Part shown: positions 14,919-20,324 of the stretch, piece after piece
How positions within the stretch are numbered: the first letter of the stretch is position 1
How the letters are laid out: every line of letters begins with the position of its first letter
Assembly: GCA_030704845.1 (NCBI GenBank)
Contig: JAUYKZ010000016.1
Span: 1-20,324 of the forward strand
DNA from: an archaeon
GTDB taxonomy: Archaea; Nanobdellota; Nanobdellia; Woesearchaeales; GW2011-AR9
Direction of reading: 5' to 3'
Length of the DNA stretch: 20,324 nt
Translations under genes and position numbers: made by a program
Notes under the pieces: model-generated
Databases searched by the model: none
What the model saw: the letters and a program-made list of their open reading frames with translations, nothing else
What the model was told of the DNA's origin: nothing

Positions 14919-15620
14919 ATGAACCCAATAATTTCTCAAGATAGAAGTATTATTCCTGCCTGTGATGTTTCTTTGGAAGTGTATCTTAAAATTGTAAAGG
15001 AAACAGGTGATATTGATGCTGTAAGCGCATACAAAATAGGGTTTGAATTAGGGTTGCTTTATGGTTTACCAGACATAGTGGCTATCGCTAGAGAACATGG
15101 AAATAAAAAAATAATTTATGATCATCAGAAAGCAGGAACGGATATACCTGATACTGGCAAAAGTTTCATGAAAGTAATGAAACAAGCAGGAGTCGATGCG
15201 GTGATTTTATTTCCCCAAGCAGGTCCCAAAACGCAGAAAGCGTGGATAAACGCAGCTCAAGATTTAGATTTAGGAGTTATCGTTGGCGGATTGATGACTC
15301 ATCCTCAATATATCAGGAGTGAAGGGGGTTACATCTCCGATGAGGCTATAATGGAAATATATCTAAATGCAGTAGACGAAGGCGTAACAAATTTTGTTGT
15401 CCCGGGAAATAAGGTTAATGATTTAACGGCACTTATGGAAGAGTTGGAAAGAGTTGTGGTCGACCCGGTTTTATATTCTCCTGGTTTGGTTACACAAGGG
15501 GGAGACATTTCTGATGCCGGGCGAGCAGCTGGAGAGAAATGGCATGCGATTGTTGGCCGAGGTATTTATCAAGCAGAAGATATGAAACAAGCCGTGATGG
15601 ATCTTTCTAAGAATTTATAA
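14919..15620 (+). CDS. pyrF: orotidine 5'-phosphate decarboxylase family protein (atypical active-site spacing)
   Basis: Collinear with archaeal OMPDC: ACDVS, AYKIG, YDHQKAGTDIPDTG, LYSPGLVTQGGD and AIVGRGIYQAEDM. The central motif is DxxKxxxD rather than the usual DxKxxD. Confidence 0.65.
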   Translation: MNPIISQDRSIIPACDVSLEVYLKIVKETGDIDAVSAYKIGFELGLLYGLPDIVAIAREHGNKKIIYDHQKAGTDIPDTGKSFMKVMKQAGVDAVILFPQAGPKTQKAWINAAQDLDLGVIVGGLMTHPQYIRSEGGYISDEAIMEIYLNAVDEGVTNFVVPGNKVNDLTALMEELERVVVDPVLYSPGLVTQGGDISDAGRAAGEKWHAIVGRGIYQAEDMKQAVMDLSKNL

Positions 15621-15995
15621 ACTAGAACTGATGCACAATTTATAATTCTCTGTAGCTTTATTTTGACATTTAAAATTCTCTGCCTGAACTTTAGTTAAAC
15701 AGTTTTGATATAATTCTTCAATTAATTTTTCTCCATCTTCGATATCTTGGAAAAGTTTTCTTTTGCAATCGGTTTGATTAGAACTGCTTCTGCATAACAA
15801 TAAATGTTCAACAAAATATTGACGAAGAAGATGCTGATTTTCTTGTTCCTTGTCACGGCAGACAACTTCTGCTTTAGCTAAAGTATCTTCACAGACAACT
15901 CTCTCATTAAGAAATTGTGTGTCGCAGTTAATTCTGGATTGGTATCCGCCACACGATGTTAGAAAGATTGCCAGGAATGCGGTTTTAATTGACAT
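15615..15995 (-). CDS. Cys-rich putative lipoprotein (lipobox LTSC)
   Basis: N-terminus MSIKTAFLAIFLTS-C-GGY has n-region, h-region and an L-T-S-C lipobox. Eight further Cys occur in the 111-aa mature part. TATA lies 25 nt upstream on its strand. Confidence 0.65.
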   Translation of the reverse strand: MSIKTAFLAIFLTSCGGYQSRINCDTQFLNERVVCEDTLAKAEVVCRDKEQENQHLLRQYFVEHLLLCRSSSNQTDCKRKLFQDIEDGEKLIEELYQNCLTKVQAENFKCQNKATENYKLCISSSL

Positions 15996-16234
15996 TTTGT
16001 TTCATTCGGGAGATTTTTTATAACACATTTTATACACGCTTACTTCGTATTAACAAGGATAAAAGATGTTATAATACGCTGCGCTGATGAGAACGAAACC
16101 TAACGACCCACTACCCACAAGAAAATTAAAGAATTTTCCGAGGGTTATTCAGAATTATCGTTCTTCACTACCCACTGGTCAACCACAGATAGAGTTTATA
16201 TAACTCCCTCTAGCCAAGATTTTTGGTGATAAAG

Positions 16235-16357
16235 ATGAAGGTACAATTGTTTAGAAGGGGGAAATTAGTTGGGTTGGTAAGTCCGAAATATTATTTTGAT
16301 GAAGAACAAAAAATAGAAGCATTCTGGGAAGATTTGGAACTTCCAAAAATAAGTTAA
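16235..16357 (+). CDS. possible 40-aa small protein
   Basis: MKVQLFRRGKLVGLVSPKYYFDEEQKIEAFWEDLELPKIS*. Preceded by TATA TTTATATAA (16195-16203) and SD GGTGAT (16225-16230). Not in the ORF track because it is under 60 aa. Confidence 0.35.
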   Translation: MKVQLFRRGKLVGLVSPKYYFDEEQKIEAFWEDLELPKIS

Positions 16358-16361
16358 AAAA

Positions 16362-16456
16362 AGCCCTCGCGGGGAATTGAACCCCGGACCTGTTGCTGTC
16401 TTAAATCAGTTAATTGATTTTACGAGGCAACCGCTATACCGCTAAGCCACGAGGGC
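16362..16456 (-). tRNA. tRNA-Thr(CGU) with a 23-nt intron at 37/38 (intron 16398-16420)
   Basis: On the minus strand the parts are: acceptor GCCCTCG; TG; D-arm GCTT-AGCGGTA-TAGC; G26; anticodon stem GTTGC; CTCGTA; the intron; then A; GCAAC; AGGTC; T-arm CGGGG-TTCAATT-CCCCG; acceptor CGAGGGC; discriminator T. All stems are Watson-Crick except 13:22. Mature length is 72 nt. TATA TTTAAAAA lies about 30 nt upstream. Confidence 0.9.
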
Positions 16457-16481
16457 ATGGAAAAAGAGAGAATTTCTCTCC

Positions 16482-16489
16482 TTTTTAAA
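16482..16489 (-). promoter_or_regulatory. TATA box for tRNA-Thr
   Basis: Minus-strand TTTAAAAA is centred about 30 nt upstream of tRNA nt 1 (16456). Confidence 0.55.
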
Positions 16490-16494
16490 CACTG

Positions 16495-16528
16495 AGAATT
16501 CCATTGTTTTATTAACTTATGGAATTCT
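16495..16528. terminator. perfect 10-bp stem-loop downstream of the 56-aa Zn-finger gene
   Basis: AGAATTCCAT (16495-16504) pairs with ATGGAATTCT (16519-16528) across a 14-nt loop. Confidence 0.45.
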
Positions 16529-16560
16529 GGTATGATCAAAAGGAAACTAACTTAGATGGT

Positions 16561-16731
16561 TTATCCTTTTAACATGTTCTCAAGTAATTTATCCTTGGAA
16601 GGAAACTTTTTCTGACAATCGAAGCAAATGGGATATTGTTTAGAAGACCCAGGTTTATGGATTATCGTCCCTTTAAGCTTTCCAAGAAAAAGTTCTTTGA
16701 CTTCAGATTTACAAATTGAACATTTTACCAT
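16561..16731 (-). CDS. 56-aa CxxC...CxxC zinc-finger-like small protein
   Basis: MVKCSICKSEVKELFLGKLKGTIIHKPGSSKQYPICFDCQKKFPSKDKLLENMLKG*. Minus-strand TATA (TTTTAAAAG) lies about 25-30 nt upstream. Not in the ORF track. Confidence 0.5.
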   Translation of the reverse strand: MVKCSICKSEVKELFLGKLKGTIIHKPGSSKQYPICFDCQKKFPSKDKLLENMLKG

Positions 16732-16784
16732 AATATCTAAAATATGGCTTTTCTTTTAAAACTTTCATTCCAAAAACCAATAAG

Positions 16785-16801
16785 TTTATAAGTAGGCACT
16801 A
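16785..16801 (+). promoter_or_regulatory. TATA box plus conserved downstream element (TTTATAAGTAGGCACTA)
   Basis: Matches 5258-5274 at 16 of 17 positions. Centred 27 nt upstream of ATG 16815. Confidence 0.5.
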
Positions 16802-16814
16802 CCGAGTCATTCTC

Positions 16815-17024
16815 ATGAAAGACGTTTGGAATGATTATACTGGTCGTAAAGAAGAACCAGTTGAAGATAGATCTATCATCCAACCTGACGGTAGCAGAGC
16901 TTGTTATAACTGGGAGTGTAGTGAAGGTTTCCAGAATGAAACATTTGAAGATCCTTCTACGATTGGTTTAGATGACAATGATGAAGCTGCACGTTTTCTA
17001 AGAGAAATTAAGCGAAAGTCATGA
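16815..17024 (+). CDS. hypothetical small acidic protein (69 aa)
   Basis: Intact ORF at leaderless spacing from a TATA box. No family recognised. Confidence 0.5.
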   Translation: MKDVWNDYTGRKEEPVEDRSIIQPDGSRACYNWECSEGFQNETFEDPSTIGLDDNDEAARFLREIKRKS

Positions 17025-17158
17025 AAAATTAGTCTATTAAGAACTAATTTTTGTGACGCCAGAGAAATATGGATGAATATTTTGTCTAAGGGTAGATTTT
17101 TCATATTTCTCTCTGCGTAACCACAAACAATATAAAACAGAGTTCTCCTCACGTAGGT

Positions 17159-18919
17159 ATGCGTAAACGGATAGCTGTAATTGATAGAAATAAATGTCAT
17201 CCAGACGAATGTGGAAATTATCTCTGTGCTAAATTATGTCCAGTAAATCGAGCCGGGGGAGATTGTATTCTTCCTGGAGTTCCAGACAAGAAAGCAAGAA
17301 TTGATGAGGTTCTATGTACGGGTTGCGGTATTTGTCCAAATAGATGTCCATTCGGGGCCATCACAATTATTAATCTTCCTTCTCAACTAAATAAAGAACC
17401 CGTTCACAGGTATGGGGAAAATATGTTTGAGTTATATTCTCTTCCAACTCCATTATTTTCTAAAGTGACTGGAATTTTAGGAAAGAACGGAATCGGGAAA
17501 TCAACGGCATTAAAAGTAATGGCCGGATTACTTACCCCAAATCTTGGAGACTGGAATAAAGAACCAGCATTTAAAGAAATAATCAATTATTTTAAAGGAA
17601 CAGAAACACAAAAATTCTTAGAGAAACTTCAGAAAAAAGAAATTACTTTATCCTATAAACCTCAGCAAGTTGATTTAATTCCGAAACAATATTCTGGAAC
17701 GGTTAAAGAATTATTGTCGAAAATTAATTTGGAGAGAGTTGAAGAAATTTCAAAGAAACTTCAATTAGGTCATTTTTTAGATACGGAAATTGCAAAAATT
17801 TCCGGAGGAGAATTGCAACGGGTAGCTATTGCGGCAGCAGTTCTAAAAGATGCCAACTTATTTTTATTCGACGAGCCAACGTCTTACTTAGATATTAAAC
17901 AAAGAGTTAACGTTTCAAAATTTGTTAGATCTTTAGCCAACGAATCAACAGCGACGATAGTTATCGAACACGATTTAGTTATTTTAGATTATATGACCGA
18001 CTTGCTTAATATTATGTATGGGCACGAAGGAGCTTACGGAATTGTTTCTGGTGTGAAAACATCTCGGGAAGGTATAAATGCTTTCTTGGATGGATTTTTG
18101 AGAGAAGAAAATATACGTTTCCGAGATCATGCAATCAAATTTGAAAAAACTCAACTCTCAGAAGAATCGATTCCTTATCCTTTAATTTCTTGGCCAAATC
18201 TTTCTAAGAAACTCGGCAATTTTAAGTTCAAGGCAGAAGCTGGAGTTATCCATCGAAATAAAGTGGTTGGTATACTTGGCGAAAATGGAATAGGAAAAAC
18301 ATCTTTCATTAAAATGTTAGCTGGAATTATTTCGCCAGATTCTGGAGAAATTGAGAAAGGAGTTAGGGTGGCATATAAACCTCAATACCTTGAAACAGAT
18401 TCCGATCAATTAGTGATGGCATTTCTAGAAAATGCAGTTGCAAAATATAGTAATCAATTAATTATTCCTTTAGGCATAGAACCATTACTTACCCAAAAAT
18501 TATCGGAATTATCTGGGGGACAATTACAACGGGTAGCTATTGTTAAATGTTTATCGCAAGATGCTGATTTGTTTTTGTTAGACGAACCATCTGCTTACTT
18601 AGATGTTGAACAAAGGTTGCTCGTATCTAAAATTATCAAAAATATTGTTCAAGAAAGAAGTATTTCGATTATGGTTGTTGATCATGATTTAATGTTTTTA
18701 GACCATATCTCTGACAATTTAATTGTCTTTACGGGTAAACCTGCACAAGAAGGTTTATTGCAAGGACCATTCATCATGGAAGAAGGAATGAATATTTTCT
18801 TAAAAGAATTGGGAATCACATTAAGAAGAGATCTTGGTTCACATAGACCTAGAATAAATAAAGAAGGTTCAGTAAAAGATAGAGAACAAAGAAATCAGAA
18901 TAGATGGTACTATAGTTAA
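17159..18919 (+). CDS. abcE1: ABCE1 / RNase L inhibitor-type ribosome-recycling ATPase
   Basis: The N-terminal 4Fe-4S domain has cluster motifs CHPDECGNYLCAKLCP and CTGCGICPNRCP. Two ABC cassettes follow, with Walker A GKNGIGKST and GENGIGKTS and signatures SGGELQRVAIA and SGGQLQRVAIV. Confidence 0.95.
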   Translation: MRKRIAVIDRNKCHPDECGNYLCAKLCPVNRAGGDCILPGVPDKKARIDEVLCTGCGICPNRCPFGAITIINLPSQLNKEPVHRYGENMFELYSLPTPLFSKVTGILGKNGIGKSTALKVMAGLLTPNLGDWNKEPAFKEIINYFKGTETQKFLEKLQKKEITLSYKPQQVDLIPKQYSGTVKELLSKINLERVEEISKKLQLGHFLDTEIAKISGGELQRVAIAAAVLKDANLFLFDEPTSYLDIKQRVNVSKFVRSLANESTATIVIEHDLVILDYMTDLLNIMYGHEGAYGIVSGVKTSREGINAFLDGFLREENIRFRDHAIKFEKTQLSEESIPYPLISWPNLSKKLGNFKFKAEAGVIHRNKVVGILGENGIGKTSFIKMLAGIISPDSGEIEKGVRVAYKPQYLETDSDQLVMAFLENAVAKYSNQLIIPLGIEPLLTQKLSELSGGQLQRVAIVKCLSQDADLFLLDEPSAYLDVEQRLLVSKIIKNIVQERSISIMVVDHDLMFLDHISDNLIVFTGKPAQEGLLQGPFIMEEGMNIFLKELGITLRRDLGSHRPRINKEGSVKDREQRNQNRWYYS

Positions 18920-19237
18920 TTAAATATCAAACTTCTTTGCAAATTCTCCAATCAACGGAATATCTTTCATTTTTCCTGAGAAAGAATAAACTAATCCTAT
19001 AATCCATAAAACGAAGAAAATCAAGGAGCCAATACCTTCTATAGCTGAACCCAAGAGTGGAATTTTTCCAGCTATTGAGACAATCATAAAAGCAATAGTC
19101 AGAACCAATCCTTGCTTTGCATAAAACATAGCATATTTGCTATCTCTTTTTGCGAGAAGAACTATTACAAATCCAACTATCCCTAGAAACACACCTAGGA
19201 AAGCCCATGCTTTATCTTCGCTATGTTTTTTTGCCAT
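18920..19237 (-). CDS. small 3-TM membrane protein (UPF0132/DUF4870-like), likely co-transcribed with lgt
   Basis: Three hydrophobic segments. The motif KAWAFLGVFLGIVGFVIVLLAKRDSKYAMFYAKQGLVL resembles that family. It starts 18 nt downstream of lgt, and its stop abuts the abcE1 stop (TAATTA). Confidence 0.55.
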   Translation of the reverse strand: MAKKHSEDKAWAFLGVFLGIVGFVIVLLAKRDSKYAMFYAKQGLVLTIAFMIVSIAGKIPLLGSAIEGIGSLIFFVLWIIGLVYSFSGKMKDIPLIGEFAKKFDI

Positions 19238-19255
19238 ACTACTATAATTTATTTG

Positions 19256-20020
19256 TTATTTAAATAAGTTTCTACAATCATCCTTATACTTCTTCCAGAA
19301 TATCCAGAGAGAGATAATAATCATAACTGCACTCATCCATTGGCCAAGACTTAATCCAGAGTAAAGAACATCTTCTCGGTAGAAATCAACAACAAACCTT
19401 CCAAGACCTTCCCAAAATACAAAATTCCAAAAGATAAATCCTGGATTCCATTTTCTTTTTGTTAAAAAATACAACCAACCGGCAACAATGAATCTTTTTG
19501 CTGCAGCATATAACGTAGAAGGATGTCGGCAAATATCATCATAGTTAGGAAAAACTACGCACCATTTTCCATCCCAAACTCTCCCTACCAATTCTCCATT
19601 AATGAAATTAGCAATTCTTCCTAAGGCTAAAGCGATAATTGCGGGTAAGGAAAGAAGATCCGCTACGTCCCAGAAGTTTTTCTTCTTCTTTTTACAATAA
19701 TACCACACACTAGCTACAACCCCTACAAATCCACCATGAAAACTCATGCCTCCTTCCCAGATCTTAAGTATTCTTGTTATATCTGAAAGGTAGTATGATG
19801 GTTCCCAGAATATTTCAAATAGTCTGGCTCCAATGACTATCCCTAATATGATGTACAATAATAAATCCCAGACGTCATCTTTTGATAATTGTAATAAATG
19901 TCGATTTTTCTGAAGAAGCCAACCCGCAATAAGGAATCCTAAGACATAAACCAGACCATACCATCTGACTTCTAAAGGACCTAAATGGAAAATAGCCGGA
20001 TCAAGAGTATTAACATACAT
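19256..20020 (-). CDS. lgt: phosphatidylglycerol:prolipoprotein diacylglyceryl transferase (bacterial-type Lgt)
   Basis: N-terminus GPLEVRWYGLVYVLGF. The GGMSFHGGFVG (HGG) motif is present. GRIANFINGELVGR carries R, N, E and G at the spacing of E. coli R143/N146/E151/G154. GRFVVDFYRED is also present. Confidence 0.92.
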   Translation of the reverse strand: MYVNTLDPAIFHLGPLEVRWYGLVYVLGFLIAGWLLQKNRHLLQLSKDDVWDLLLYIILGIVIGARLFEIFWEPSYYLSDITRILKIWEGGMSFHGGFVGVVASVWYYCKKKKKNFWDVADLLSLPAIIALALGRIANFINGELVGRVWDGKWCVVFPNYDDICRHPSTLYAAAKRFIVAGWLYFLTKRKWNPGFIFWNFVFWEGLGRFVVDFYREDVLYSGLSLGQWMSAVMIIISLWIFWKKYKDDCRNLFK

Positions 20021-20194
20021 GGGGTGTTAGGATATCTGCTTTTTTATTAATCTTTTGGAACAATTGTTCTATCCTGAATTAGGTTGACACTTTTATTCAT
20101 GTGCAGTAAGAACTAAGAGGTTACTGCAAATGATAGAAAGGATGTATATCAACAAAAACAATAAATTAACTAAAAGTGATAGGATTTTAAGCTG

Positions 20195-20236
20195 AGAATT
20201 CCACTGGTCTATTGACCAGTGGTTTAGCGTAATTCT
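20195..20236. other. nested stem-loop in non-coding DNA
   Basis: Inner stem CCACTGGTC (20201-20209) pairs with GACCAGTGG (20214-20222) across a TATT loop. Outer arms are AGAATT (20195-20200) and AATTCT (20231-20236). Confidence 0.45.
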
Positions 20237-20288
20237 TAACAAGAGAAGAGTCTCTTTCCGGAAAGAAGAAGACCTAAAGCAAAAAATA

Positions 20289-20320
20289 CCCTCTGGGCCC
20301 TATCCGTATAGGGCTGAGGG
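20289..20320 (-). terminator. GC-rich interrupted stem-loop followed (on the minus strand) by a T-tract; terminator or 3' helix of something beyond the window
   Basis: Inner stem GCCCTAT (20297-20303) pairs with ATAGGGC (20308-20314). Outer stem CCCTC (20289-20293) pairs with GAGGG (20316-20320). Read on the minus strand it is followed by TATTTTTTGC. Confidence 0.35.
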
Positions 20321-20324
20321 TCAA

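Noticed and set aside
16085-16099. CTGATGAGAACGAAAC resembles the hammerhead ribozyme core (CUGAUGA...GAAAC) or a box C (RUGAUGA) of a C/D sRNA
   Set aside because: Stem II would be a single G-C pair with an AA loop. I could not find stem I or stem III partners or a UH cleavage site. For a C/D sRNA there is no CUGA box D, D' or C' at the required ~12-nt spacing, and no terminal stem. Most likely chance.
16109-16175. 10-bp direct repeat CACTACCCAC (16109-16118 and 16166-16175), and CCACTGGTC shared with 20201-20209
   Set aside because: Exact 9-10-mers are expected to recur many times by chance in 20 kb. There is no array structure, no flanking conservation and no associated genes.
9757-17586. 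Track ORFs 9757-9948 (-), 10757-10945 (+), 12337-12546 (-), 14568-14858 (+), 14736-14939 (-), 16904-17200 (-) and 17404-17586 (-)
   Set aside because: All overlap better-supported genes or promoters (Nudix, reductase, the 123-aa gene, the MFS half, the pyrF promoter, the 69-aa gene, abcE1). Their products look like low-complexity shadow ORFs.
1-20324. Looked for CRISPR arrays, transposases, integrases, IS inverted repeats, toxin-antitoxin pairs, restriction-modification or other defence genes, and rRNA
   Set aside because: I found no periodic repeat-spacer structure and no recognisable catalytic motifs of these families in any frame. The only repeats are short hairpins and the in-gene acidic repeat at 7369-7500.

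Overview
AT-rich, tightly packed chromosomal segment from an archaeon. Gene content suggests a small-genome, DPANN-like lineage, but that is inference. Archaeal markers are Trm1, aEF-1beta with its Zn-ribbon partner, RtcA, ABCE1, a geranylgeranyl reductase and two intron-containing tRNAs (Trp-CCA, Thr-CGU) whose introns sit in bulge-helix-bulge geometry. Most genes have an A/T-rich TATA box centred about 24-30 nt upstream of the ATG, implying leaderless mRNAs. I support about 27 protein genes, including three short ORFs missing from the ORF track, 2 tRNAs, and several terminator-like hairpins. Housekeeping genes are interleaved with accessory-looking blocks. (i) 5.3-9.7 kb is a surface-protein island: a secreted protein with an OMP-like beta-barrel tail cut by an in-frame TAA, a cadherin-like/CARDB-like secreted protein, and a C-terminally anchored S-layer-like protein. 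(ii) 12.2-14.2 kb holds a small Rossmann/CARF-like protein, a single-pass membrane protein and a secreted transglutaminase-like protease. (iii) 15.6-17.1 kb is a run of tiny ORFs around tRNA-Thr, including a Cys-rich protein with a bacterial lipobox. (iv) 19.3-20.0 kb is a catalytically intact bacterial-type Lgt. I saw no rRNA, CRISPR array, transposase, integrase or recognisable defence genes. All homology calls come from motif recognition by eye; no searches were run.
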